Positions 9,351 to 18,845 of a DNA stretch of 64,000 bases are shown here, piece by piece. The notes below the pieces were generated by a model. It worked only from the letters and a program-made list of their open reading frames with translations, was not told the origin of the DNA and did no database searches. A program made the translations under genes and the position numbers. The DNA is from Methanotrichaceae archaeon (GTDB taxonomy: Archaea > Halobacteriota > Methanosarcinia > Methanotrichales > Methanotrichaceae), in assembly GCA_963748825.1 (NCBI GenBank), contig CAVVKN010000010.1, forward strand, positions 128,001-192,000, read 5' to 3'. Within the stretch, counting starts at the first letter, position 1, and each line of letters starts with the position of its first letter.

Positions 9351-10415
9351 TCAAGTTTCCCGGTTATTGATGGCCGCCCGGTAGGCTGCCAGAAGAAAAC
9401 CGTAGAGGGTCGGGCCGATAATCACGCCGATGATCCCCACCACGAATATAGGGGCGGTGTAGGCGAGCAGTGTAACTATGGGATGAATCCTTGCACTCTT
9501 CATGGCAAGATGGGGGCGGATTACGTTCTCTGGTATCACCATGAGCACCACCGTTCCGAATACCATGATTATCAGGAAACGGATCATGTCCCCCATGAAC
9601 AGATAATAGAGCGCCATGGGAATGAATACGAAAGGCGGCCCGAGCATGGGGATGAGCGTAAAGATGCCCACAACGACCCCCATCAAATAGGGATAGGGCA
9701 CGCCCAGCATGGAAAAGCCGATAGCAGCTAAAACGCCGCTTAGCATAGATGTGGTGAAGTAGACAGTAAAAAGTGTGTTATAGATGCTGCTAAGCTCCTG
9801 CAGAAAATTCAGAACAATTCCTCGCTTCTGTCTGGGAATCAGGTCCACAGCCTTGGCCATGAACTCTTTGCCGTCTATGAGAATGTAGTACGTGAAGAAT
9901 ACCACTACTATCAACTGGGCAAAAAGCACCGGCAGATTGGAGGCAAATGAGGTTAGCTCTCGCTGCACAATGGGAAAGAGCCAGGTGGCAATGGTCACGG
10001 GTATGTCGCTTATCTCCTGTACATTTTTAAGTATAATTACATTTACGTAATCATAAATCCAGCCGGGAAGGGCGCTCATGGCCCATATGTCGATCTCCTT
10101 GGTTATGGCGGTAAACTGGATGCCTGATAGGGCTCCGGATTTTTCCAGATTGGATATCTCCACCAGGAGCACAGTGGTGATGCCGAGTAATATCGCCAGA
10201 ATAAAGATGAACACAATCAAAATGGAGAAAAAGGAGGAGATCTGCCTTTGCCGGATTAGACGAAAGAAGGCGGCATAAAGTGGCTTGAGAAGAAATACCA
10301 TGACTATGCTTAGCAAAATGGTGGTAAGGAAATCCTTGGTCAGGTACACGGTGGCGAGAAAGACCAGGAAGACCAGGCCTCCTGCTGCCATGTCAAAGCG
10401 ACGGCTGAAATCCAT
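9351..10415 (-). CDS. AI-2E family transporter
   Basis: Multiple TM helices; ENVIRP...IHP...G.IGVIIGP signature. Confidence 0.85.
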   Translation of the reverse strand: MDFSRRFDMAAGGLVFLVFLATVYLTKDFLTTILLSIVMVFLLKPLYAAFFRLIRQRQISSFFSILIVFIFILAILLGITTVLLVEISNLEKSGALSGIQFTAITKEIDIWAMSALPGWIYDYVNVIILKNVQEISDIPVTIATWLFPIVQRELTSFASNLPVLFAQLIVVVFFTYYILIDGKEFMAKAVDLIPRQKRGIVLNFLQELSSIYNTLFTVYFTTSMLSGVLAAIGFSMLGVPYPYLMGVVVGIFTLIPMLGPPFVFIPMALYYLFMGDMIRFLIIMVFGTVVLMVIPENVIRPHLAMKSARIHPIVTLLAYTAPIFVVGIIGVIIGPTLYGFLLAAYRAAINNRET

Positions 10416-10466
10416 GAGAATAACTCTTTCCTCTTAACAGTAAAAACTTTTCTATTTGATTTTTAT

Positions 10467-11210
10467 TCATATCAGCTTGCCGTCGATTCCCACCACATAG
10501 CTTTTTTGCGGCACGTCCTTTCCCGATCGCTTGAGAGCCTCCGCTACCAGGACTCCAAGCTGGGAGCAGCAGGGAACTGTCATATGCAGTACGGTTATAT
10601 CCCGGATATCGTTTTGCTTGAGAATATCGGCCAGTTTGTCCACAAATGATTCGGTGTTATCCAGCTTGGGGCATCCCACAAGGGCCACGCGACCTTTTAT
10701 GAAATCCTGCTGGATGGCTGGATAGGCAAAAGCGGTGCAATCTCCTGCCACAAGCAGGCTGGCGCCCTGCAGGTATGGGGCCCAGGGGCGAACCAGGCTC
10801 ATCTGGATGGGCCAGCCGCACAGCTCATTCGCGCTCTCTTGCCCGGGCTTAATCTTTTCATGTGAGAAATCTGCCTTTGTCCCTTGATAATGCTTCAGGG
10901 TAATTGGCATGGTGCAGGGCGTGACGCCGGCCGCATCTGCACCTCTTTCATGATGCTTATGATCCGGCTTGTGAGCCAGACTCTTGTGCTCTTTGGCCGC
11001 CTCTTCATCAAACACCGGGGCATCGCGCTCCTCTATGGTCAGAGCGCCCTGCGGGCAGACGGCCAAACAGGCACCCAGGCCGTCGCAGAAGCTGTCGCTC
11101 ACCACCTGGGCTTTTCCATCTTTCAGCTCGATGGCCCCTTCGGCACAGGCGGTGATGCAATCGCCGCAGCCGTTGCAAAGCGACTGGTCAATCTTGATGA
11201 TCTTTCTCAT
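10467..11210 (-). CDS. 4Fe-4S dicluster-binding protein
   Basis: CNGCGDCITAC and CDGLGACLAVCP; C-terminal WPIQ...GCPKLD...VPCC domain. Confidence 0.85.
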   Translation of the reverse strand: MRKIIKIDQSLCNGCGDCITACAEGAIELKDGKAQVVSDSFCDGLGACLAVCPQGALTIEERDAPVFDEEAAKEHKSLAHKPDHKHHERGADAAGVTPCTMPITLKHYQGTKADFSHEKIKPGQESANELCGWPIQMSLVRPWAPYLQGASLLVAGDCTAFAYPAIQQDFIKGRVALVGCPKLDNTESFVDKLADILKQNDIRDITVLHMTVPCCSQLGVLVAEALKRSGKDVPQKSYVVGIDGKLI

Positions 11211-11283
11211 TACTGCTTATTAGCGCATTCAAGCCATAAAAAACAATAGTATGATAAAAAAAAGATTAGGTGCAGGTACAAAA

Positions 11284-11757
11284 TTATGGTGCATCAAGCC
11301 ATGAACGGGCATATACCAGCCATCTGTCTCCGCCGCACCTTCCCTCCGCCAGAGATTTTAGATCGCAGGTTCTTCCATCAGGAAACGCGCACATTGTAAT
11401 ATCGCCATAGGGCGTATGAACGCTCCTAAGAATGCCTCCACTGCTCCGGCAGATCGTTGCGGCTGACTGCGTCCACAGGCCCTCTGTGTCGGATACGTAG
11501 CTTGGCAGGATATTTGGTCTCAGGCTCCGGCTGCAAGCCCCCTGGAAAAATGCCTGGGAGTCGCACCAGCTCTTATCCGGGAACGTGCACATTCCCTGAT
11601 CACCATTAATTCCGGGAGATGTGCTGTAAAGATAGCCCGACTTCACACAGTAGGAGCGTGCCTGATCGGCAGAATCCTGTGCCATAGCCGTCAGCGCGAC
11701 CAAGGACAGAAATGCCAGGATACAAAGGCCTGACAGAATATTCTTGAAAACTTCCAT
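11284..11757 (-). CDS. Secreted protein with two DUF333-like Cys repeats
   Basis: Signal peptide; A..YC...G....GMC.FPD...C repeated twice. Confidence 0.7.
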   Translation of the reverse strand: MEVFKNILSGLCILAFLSLVALTAMAQDSADQARSYCVKSGYLYSTSPGINGDQGMCTFPDKSWCDSQAFFQGACSRSLRPNILPSYVSDTEGLWTQSAATICRSSGGILRSVHTPYGDITMCAFPDGRTCDLKSLAEGRCGGDRWLVYARSWLDAP

Positions 11758-11772
11758 TTTTTATCCCTCCGG

Positions 11773-12663
11773 TTATGGCACCACCAGTCCAAAGATTGCC
11801 CATCTCCAGTCAACTCCCTTCATGCGGAGAGATTGGTTTTGGCTCTCCAGAGGAAGCACTATTTGCACGTTCTCGCCAAAATTGCTGTAATCAGTCCTTT
11901 CCAGCAGATCTGACTGTATGGTAAAGTTTTGCTCCTCTATATTGAGGATCGACGGTGTGAGGGTCAAGCTGGAATCAATTTCAATTCTTCTCAAGAGAGA
12001 GGTCTGTTTGGAGATCCAGGCTGTGACTGAGACATTGCTGTTGCGCCGAATCGAGGTATTGCCCAGGTCAAAGTTCTTGTTATCGAATTCGTCGGGCATA
12101 GGGAAGGGCGAAGAGAGGTATGATGCAAAGATCTGCGTGCCCAAAATGGTCTCCTTGATCTGGGAAATGGGCTCACCGGCAAGCTTGTAGCAGTCCTCAC
12201 CGTCAATGCTCTCAGTACCTGTGATCAACAGGTTGCTGTAGCTTAAGAGCGCCGCCTGGCCGGGAAGCTCGTTATAGTCCGCCAGGACGGCATCCGGATC
12301 AGTGATGTTAAATTGGGTCCAGTTCTCTCCCTCTTTCCACAGCTCAGTACCGTTTAAGAAGTATCCTTGCCAGGAAAGGACCTGCCCGGTTCCAATATCT
12401 GTAAGCTGATGGCTCCACCATCCGGACTGTGCCGTCAGGTTCACTTTTCCTTTCGTGGCCTTGATTGCAGCAAATTTATCTTGCAGCGACTCATTGCTGT
12501 AGATGATAGTGCTTTCTGCAGAGCGGGTGTAGGTGTAGGTGGTGAGATTGTCTGCAGATCTTGTCATCATCTGCTTGAGCTGATCCACGCTGATTTCCTC
12601 TGCAAAGACAACCGGGAGACATAGCAGGGAAATAAAAGCGATGATCGTCAGAATAATTTTCAT
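11773..12663 (-). CDS. Secreted hypothetical protein (possibly LolA/DUF6612-like fold)
   Basis: Signal peptide from MKIILT; ESIDGEDCYKL and YSNFGENVQIVLP patterns. Confidence 0.6.
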   Translation of the reverse strand: MKIILTIIAFISLLCLPVVFAEEISVDQLKQMMTRSADNLTTYTYTRSAESTIIYSNESLQDKFAAIKATKGKVNLTAQSGWWSHQLTDIGTGQVLSWQGYFLNGTELWKEGENWTQFNITDPDAVLADYNELPGQAALLSYSNLLITGTESIDGEDCYKLAGEPISQIKETILGTQIFASYLSSPFPMPDEFDNKNFDLGNTSIRRNSNVSVTAWISKQTSLLRRIEIDSSLTLTPSILNIEEQNFTIQSDLLERTDYSNFGENVQIVLPLESQNQSLRMKGVDWRWAIFGLVVP

Positions 12664-12932
12664 GCAAAACCTCCAAGAGGTAGATGGGTCCAACTTAGCT
12701 ATAAATATTTGTATGTTATCAGGTTAGAACGGACGACACAAAAATTATTCATTTAAAAAAATTAAGAATCCTGCTGCTTCCAATGCCTATGGCCACCAGC
12801 TCAAAGCTCACATCAGGCTCGGGAACGCTCTGGATAACGTTGGTGCGGTAGGCATCCCACTTTGCTTCTTGTTGGCTATGAAGGCGATCAGATCTCTTTC
12901 TTCACCCAGCCTTCATCCCTGCCAGCCCACCC

Positions 12933-13808
12933 TCACTCGGGCTCTGTTTCCTTCAGTTCCTCCTTCATACGGCAACTGTGCATCTTTTCTTCTCCGTGCG
13001 CCTGCAAGGCCACCCTCTCCTCCACCTGGAAGGCAGATAGGCGCTCCATGAGCAGCTCGTAGTTCACCAGGTGCCCGTCAAACTCAGGTCCATCCACGCA
13101 GGCCAGCTTCGTCTCTCCTCCCACCTCCACTCTGCAACTGCCGCACATGCCCGTGCCGTCGATCATGATGGGGTTTAAGCTGACGATGGTCTTGATCTGG
13201 AGGGGCCGGGTGATATCGCTGACCAGTTTCATCATGGGCACGGGCCCGATGGCCACCACTAGTCCGGGCGTCTCTCTTTGCAGGGCCTCCACTAAAAGCT
13301 CTGTCACCAGTGCTTTGCGCCCCAATGAACCGTCATCCGTGCAGATCAAGAGCTCATCAGAGACGGCTGCCATCTCCTCCTGAAGGATGACCAGCTCCTT
13401 TGTGCGTGCCCCGATGATGCTCACCACCCGGTTTCCCAGGCTCTTCAGCTTCTTGGCAATGGGATAGAGGACAGCCAGGCCTGTTCCCCCGCCAACGCAG
13501 ATGGCTGTGCCCGCAAATCCCGCCTCTGTGGGCCGGCCCAGGGGTCCTGCCACATTCAGGTAATAGTCGCCCACCTGCAGGGTTTTGAATAGGGCCGTGG
13601 ACCGGCCCACCACATGGAAAATGATGGTTATGGTCCCTTTCTCAGCATTTATGTCGGCCATGGTCATGGGGACGCGCTCGCCCATCTCATTGGCCCTGAG
13701 AATCACGAACTGCCCTGGCTCTGCGATGCGGGCGATCTTGGGCGCCACAATCTCATTGAGAATGATCTCTCCGCCGGCCATCTCCTTGCGCCTGACTATC
13801 CTGTACAT
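12933..13808 (-). CDS. NfnA/SudB-type FAD/NAD-binding [2Fe-2S] subunit (PyrK-like)
   Basis: PGQFVILR...GERVPMT, GGGTG, MIDGTGMCGSCRV...CVDGPEFDG; likely start MYRIV. Confidence 0.9.
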   Translation of the reverse strand: MYRIVRRKEMAGGEIILNEIVAPKIARIAEPGQFVILRANEMGERVPMTMADINAEKGTITIIFHVVGRSTALFKTLQVGDYYLNVAGPLGRPTEAGFAGTAICVGGGTGLAVLYPIAKKLKSLGNRVVSIIGARTKELVILQEEMAAVSDELLICTDDGSLGRKALVTELLVEALQRETPGLVVAIGPVPMMKLVSDITRPLQIKTIVSLNPIMIDGTGMCGSCRVEVGGETKLACVDGPEFDGHLVNYELLMERLSAFQVEERVALQAHGEEKMHSCRMKEELKETEPE

Positions 13809-14217
13809 GCGAGCCTCAGCGAGCGGTATGCGGTTCAAATAAAAAAAACTATCGAGAAAAATTATCTTTGGCGAGATTCTTCCATGCATGATATTATTTA
13901 TTTAATTTTTCCTTCATGCTAGTGAATAAATGCGCATCTCGTGTACATCTTGAAGGGCGATAAGAAAATAATCTTTCTGGTAAGGTCGCTTTTGAGAAGC
14001 TAAATGATGAGTCTATTTGTATCTTACTATCTTCATCCTGTGATCAAGATCAACATCTTCCTGCGTAAGTTCGCTATCCTTGAGAAGATCATCGGAGAGC
14101 ATTAAAATAAATGGGTCATTTTCTTAGATATTTTTTATATGATTCTCCTCCCCCATCTGCCCGTTCAGCTTGTAGACCAGAGGATCTATGTGCCTTTCTG
14201 GTTGCATCGTTCTCTTA

Positions 14218-14484
14218 TCATCCCTCTTTCTCATCCTCCGCTGTGTGCGCGTTAGGCAAGAAATCTTGCTCTTTGTTGTTTCCTCTAATATTCTCCACAT
14301 CGTATCCGGTTTCTTTCGAAACCTCTGATTCCAGAACCCATATAATTTGCTCTGGCTCATACGTATCTCCTGTGGAATAACACCTTACCATCGGAGCGCC
14401 GATAAATTCTATCCTTAATTTGCACAGCGGGCAAATCGCTACTACAACTTCCCCCTTTTCATTCTTCTTTTTGGTATCAAACAA
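14218..14484 (-). CDS. Small hypothetical protein with CxxC
   Basis: 88-aa ORF (TTG start) containing CPLC, in an AT-rich segment. Confidence 0.35.
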   Translation of the reverse strand: MFDTKKKNEKGEVVVAICPLCKLRIEFIGAPMVRCYSTGDTYEPEQIIWVLESEVSKETGYDVENIRGNNKEQDFLPNAHTAEDEKEG

Positions 14485-14884
14485 GGATTTTCATCTCCTC
14501 AAAGCATTATTACTGCGGTCGAACATTATATAATCACATTCACAGCCATCTTCATCCCAATAAACATTCGGTCAGGCTACCTAGAGTTAGTATTGGCTCA
14601 TTCTATCAAAGCGTTTAATGTTCCGGATAAAAATAAGCCACTTTTGGACGTAAAGAGATCATTCTCAAAGGAAATTGCATCCAACAAAACTTGACCAGCG
14701 ATCTCGATAACTCTTCTTACTCCGTAGTCTTTCTCCAGTACTCGCGAATCTATCTTCTGATGCATCTTTGTCCAATCAATCCCTGCAAATGCACGTTGCC
14801 TTGCTCCACCAAGGAATAGAACCGGACTTGTTAGGCTCTATCAATCGATCACGCTCGACTGTATAAAAAATATCGAAAAAAATG

Positions 14885-15523
14885 TCACTGAGCCTTCAAG
14901 AACTCCTTTTGAGCGGCATCGGCTTCGGCACGAGTCTGATCGGCTTCTTTGAAGGTACCAATCATCTGATCATGGTATTCTTGGGCCATTTCCGCGAACT
15001 TGATTACCTGATCATGAAAACTTGATGCCTGATCTCTCAAGAATTGCGCTTCATCGAGAAGCTTCCTCAGCTCTTCGTTCTTCTCAAGCTTCTCTTCTCT
15101 TCCTTTAAACTCTGCATGCAGGGCAGCGATCTTATCCACCAGTTGCTTCTCTTTATCCGGGCTTAAAACCTCCGTCTGTTGCCGAAACTCCAGGTGGTCC
15201 ATCTCGGCGCGCAGATCTCTAATGGAGCGCTCACCTGTGAAGTCGTATTTCTTCCGGATATCGTCTATTCTTGCATAGAGCTGGTTGGTCTTCTCGTTGG
15301 ACTCATCCCGCTTCTTCTTGGACTGTGCCACATTCTTGTTACTCTCGTCCCGCAGCTTCTTGAACTCCTGGGCCTTGTCAATCAGCTCTTCAGTGGCCCT
15401 ATTGAGCTCATTTCGCTTGGCGGCCCATTTGCTCGCCTCAGCATTTAATTGACTGCGTCTATCCTTGACGGCAAGGGACTCTTGCCTGAGTTTGCCTCCC
15501 TTATCTTCCAGTTCTGCCAGCAT
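14885..15523 (-). CDS. Archaeal coiled-coil protein (COG1340-like), apparently C-terminally truncated
   Basis: Heptad pattern; LEFRQQTEVLSPDKEKQLV signature; GGAGG before MLAELED; ends abruptly at EFLKAQ*. Confidence 0.75.
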   Translation of the reverse strand: MLAELEDKGGKLRQESLAVKDRRSQLNAEASKWAAKRNELNRATEELIDKAQEFKKLRDESNKNVAQSKKKRDESNEKTNQLYARIDDIRKKYDFTGERSIRDLRAEMDHLEFRQQTEVLSPDKEKQLVDKIAALHAEFKGREEKLEKNEELRKLLDEAQFLRDQASSFHDQVIKFAEMAQEYHDQMIGTFKEADQTRAEADAAQKEFLKAQ

Positions 15524-16085
15524 ATATCCTCCAGTTCCAGCCCGCGACTGGGTTTGGTCCCACTCCAGAATCAAAAAACCCGGGAACACTTCGCTGGGTG
15601 GCGAAGCCCTTCCTTTTTGCACAATACATTGCGAGGTTTTTTGTATGCTCGTTTTTCGGCTCTTGTGATCAACATCGATCTTGATATATAATTACTAATA
15701 TCCTTTAATTCTAGGCTTAAATAGCTTGATTCGGTGGCAATTGTTATAGCCAAAAGATGATTTTCTCATAAGATCGATAGGAGCGAGCATACTACTACAT
15801 ATCCTTTTTACGTATTAACCTTTTTCCCGGCTTCTTACTATGGACTTGAACCGAGAGTAGCCATTCTTTCGAGCACCTTCGCGAACTCTTCTAAAGAAGT
15901 TATTAAAGGATTTCTGAAGCCTCCTCAAGACATCCTGTTCGACCTGAGAATGAACTGCATTGAGGTAAGGATTTAGCTGTTTCTACCCCGTACCCCAAAA
16001 AGATAAATAGAATACGAACCGGCCTCTGGAAAACAGGCTAATTCGCATTCGTTAGTCAAATCAAAATGGAATAAGAGGATAGACA

Positions 16086-16745
16086 ATGAAAAACGCTACA
16101 TTATTTCTGATCTGCATGACATTCCTGGCGACCATTGTCGCTCTAGCTTCTTTTGCATCAGCCCAATGTGCATCCTGCGTGAAAGAAGGCGACTGGAGCC
16201 AGAGTGCCAGCAACTTTATTGAGGGCACGCCCACAAGCGACGAGGCCGTCGAGTTCGGGCCAAAGGCAGTGAGGAAGACCGCCTCTCAATTCGATAAGAC
16301 CAAAGCTGAAGAAGAGACTGCACAGAGCAACACAAATCCTGCTGCAAGCTCTGCTACCAGCTCTGCGGCGCAGTCTCCGACAGCTGAATTGATTCTGAAA
16401 AGCATCAATGCCACGCCGGCTTTGGTAAACTCTACAAGCGCAGTAAAGATTACAGCCGTCTTTGCCTTGAACGGTTCTGAGCAGGCAGAAAATCCGACGG
16501 AAATACAGCTCACGGCCACGGCTTCCATCAAAGACTCGACAGGCATTGAGGTAGAAAAGCTCAGCCTGATCAAAAAATCTGGAAATGAGTACTCAAAAGA
16601 CTGGAACGCCAGTGTCCCGGCGGGCATCTACAGTGTGGATATTGCCGCCTCATCTCTGCAGGGAGCAGGAAACTTCAATGACGCCCTGCAAATTGAGGTA
16701 GTCAGCACCGGAAATGCTACCATCGACGCAGCTACTGCAGCGTAA
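16086..16745 (+). CDS. Secreted hypothetical protein with a C-terminal Ig-like domain
   Basis: Signal peptide, Ser/Ala-rich linker, beta-rich tail ending W...PAGIYSVDI. Confidence 0.65.
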   Translation: MKNATLFLICMTFLATIVALASFASAQCASCVKEGDWSQSASNFIEGTPTSDEAVEFGPKAVRKTASQFDKTKAEEETAQSNTNPAASSATSSAAQSPTAELILKSINATPALVNSTSAVKITAVFALNGSEQAENPTEIQLTATASIKDSTGIEVEKLSLIKKSGNEYSKDWNASVPAGIYSVDIAASSLQGAGNFNDALQIEVVSTGNATIDAATAA

Positions 16746-16873
16746 TATCTGGGATGAGAATGGCTTTTGCCCAGAGCGTCTAAACAAGCATTGAAGAAGT
16801 CGATAGACAAGCTACAAGCTGGCGAAAAAGCCAGCTCTATTCTTTAATCCATAGAAATCGCGAAGGACGAATA

Positions 16874-16945
16874 TGGACTTGACGGGATTCGAACCCGTGG
16901 CCTCCGCCTTGCGAAGGCGGCGATCTACCACTGATCTACAAGCCC
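16874..16945 (-). tRNA. tRNA-Ala(CGC)
   Basis: GGGCTTG...CAAGTCC-A acceptor stem with G3:U70; anticodon arm CCGCC-TTCGCAA-GGCGG; T-loop GGTTCGAATCC. Confidence 0.97.
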
Positions 16946-16963
16946 AATTGTAAAGAGAGTGGT

Positions 16964-17233
16964 TTAGAGGAGTCCGACCTCTTCCACCTCTGCCGATTCT
17001 ACGCCGGGTAACTTGCGAACTGCTTCCTCAATCTCATCCGGGCTTCTGCCTCCCTTATCGTCCATTATTGTTACAACGATTAAGGCCTTCAAACCAAAGG
17101 CTATAGGCATCTCCTGGATGGCATGCAGCCTGGCAAAGGATGGCACTACCTTCTTGATCTCCTCGGCGAGCTCTTTCAGATCCACATCCATGCTCACCGG
17201 CATAACCTTCATTCTTACAGCAGCATCTCCCAT
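16964..17233 (-). CDS. ef1b: Archaeal elongation factor 1-beta
   Basis: KVMP.S..VDL..L; PIAFGLKAL signature. Confidence 0.95.
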   Translation of the reverse strand: MGDAAVRMKVMPVSMDVDLKELAEEIKKVVPSFARLHAIQEMPIAFGLKALIVVTIMDDKGGRSPDEIEEAVRKLPGVESAEVEEVGLL

Positions 17234-17243
17234 CTATTACACC

Positions 17244-17414
17244 TCACGGTCCTGAGAAGCCACAGGCTTTGCAAGAATAAACGTTGCTCTGCTTTTTACA
17301 TTTGTTACATCTGGCAATCACGGTTCCGCAGCTGGGGCAGGGGAACCTCGTCCCGCCCACGCCGGTCAGCGTGATGCCACATGATATGCATTTCTCTGGT
17401 ATTTCTTCCTTCAT
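17244..17414 (-). CDS. Zn-ribbon RNA-binding protein (COG2888-like), 56 aa, absent from the ORF track
   Basis: [13 protein letters not shown]...FPCPSCG...[22 protein letters not shown]; usual position upstream of ef1b. Confidence 0.92.
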   Translation of the reverse strand: MKEEIPEKCISCGITLTGVGGTRFPCPSCGTVIARCNKCKKQSNVYSCKACGFSGP

Positions 17415-17496
17415 GTTATCTCCTCCCTGATTGATGTATTTCTCTGTATAAACCTTCCCATAGATAGACGGAATTCAGGACGAATTTTGTTTCTTG

Positions 17497-18129
17497 TTAG
17501 CCCTTGATAATCGTGCCGCCTTCTCCGCTCTTCAAGGCTTTGGTGAATTGCTGCGCATCAGTGCCATTGAGTACCCAGATGCTGCTTCCTTTAAGAGGGC
17601 CACAGAGAAGTTTAATTGTGCCCTGATCGATGCAGCTAACGCGACCCAGCATACGGTTTGCCGGCACCTCTAAAACTACTTTTCCATCCAGCATCACGCC
17701 ATCCACATCAGTAGCCTTGATGAGAGGGGCGGATAGCTGCGCCGCTACCAGGGCCGCCACCGAATCGGAAGTATAGTCCCAGTTATGCAGGAGACCGCGA
17801 TCGTCCTCAATGAGGGCCTGGTAAGGCAATAGAACCTGCACGCTGCAATCACTTTCAGAGCGGCGAATATCCCTGGTGAGAGCAGCCCCGCTTCCGTCCG
17901 CCAGAAAATAGGCATACTGCTCCATGGCTAAAATGGCCATCCAGTGCGCGGCCTCCTGGCTGAGATCGCCGCGAGAATAGATCTCTCGCACCAGATCGGC
18001 CATGGGACCGCCGCCCGGCACCACCAGGAAGCTGTAGCCCTCCTCCACGAGAGCCAGGAGAGCACGCATGAGCGGTCGAGCCCAAGTCATGAGGCTCCCT
18101 CCCATCTTCAGCACATAAAATGGCATCAA
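17497..18129 (-). CDS. mfnE: Amino-acid-kinase family protein, probable MfnE (methanofuran pathway kinase)
   Basis: VLKMGGSL, VVPGGGPMAD.VR, AAHWMAILAMEQY, WDYTSDS, TDVDG. Confidence 0.7.
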   Translation of the reverse strand: MMPFYVLKMGGSLMTWARPLMRALLALVEEGYSFLVVPGGGPMADLVREIYSRGDLSQEAAHWMAILAMEQYAYFLADGSGAALTRDIRRSESDCSVQVLLPYQALIEDDRGLLHNWDYTSDSVAALVAAQLSAPLIKATDVDGVMLDGKVVLEVPANRMLGRVSCIDQGTIKLLCGPLKGSSIWVLNGTDAQQFTKALKSGEGGTIIKG

Positions 18130-18351
18130 TAATAGTAATCGCGCCTCCTATTAGAGCTTCGTCATTGGACCAAATATGAGGCAAGCAAGGGCAAAATATT
18201 TTTTGCAGATTCGTCTATGGCAAAAAGGATAGCTAAAGGCCGATTGGATGTAGGGTAGGGAGGGATCTGTGAATAATCGACCTTTGCCGTAAAAACATCC
18301 GTCTTCGGTCGTAGATAAGCCTTTTGCTTGTGACGATGGAAATTTAGCACA

Positions 18352-18795
18352 ATGAACGAGACGAAAAAGATTGTGACTCCTCTTCTGGCAGTGGACGCCG
18401 CCATACTCCTTGCTGGTGGAATTGTGCTCATCAAGAGAGATAACCCTCCCTTTGCAGGCAGCTATGCCCTGCCCGGCGGCTTTGTAGAGGTAGGCGAGAC
18501 GGTTGAGGCTGCTGCGGTAAGAGAAGCCCGCGAGGAGACGGGCCTGATCATAGAACTGCTGGGGCTGGTGGGCATCTACTCAAATCCCGCCCGCGATCCC
18601 CGGGGACACGTCGTCTCCGCCGCCTTTCTCGCCAGAGGCAGGGGCGAGCTAATGGCCGGTTCTGACGCCAGATCGGCCCAAGTCTTTCCTCTGCAAAGCC
18701 TGCCGCCCCTGGCTTTCGACCATGATAAAATCATAAGCGATGCTCTTTCTCTGGCAAAAAGCCAGTCCATTTTAATGGCGGAACGATCAAATTAA
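18352..18795 (+). CDS. NUDIX hydrolase (ADP-ribose pyrophosphatase-like)
   Basis: Nudix box GGFVEVGETVEAAAVREAREETG; RDPRGH; LAFDH. Confidence 0.93.
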   Translation: MNETKKIVTPLLAVDAAILLAGGIVLIKRDNPPFAGSYALPGGFVEVGETVEAAAVREAREETGLIIELLGLVGIYSNPARDPRGHVVSAAFLARGRGELMAGSDARSAQVFPLQSLPPLAFDHDKIISDALSLAKSQSILMAERSN

Positions 18796-18845
18796 AGTAG
18801 TGTGATCGAAATTAGCACCTTTACCTGAACGGGAAGAGATGTGTC

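Noticed and set aside
15839-16882. 11-bp direct repeat TATGGACTTGA matching the tRNA-Ala 3' end (possible att site)
   Set aside because: Short, encloses only one ordinary gene and has no integrase; cannot be distinguished from chance
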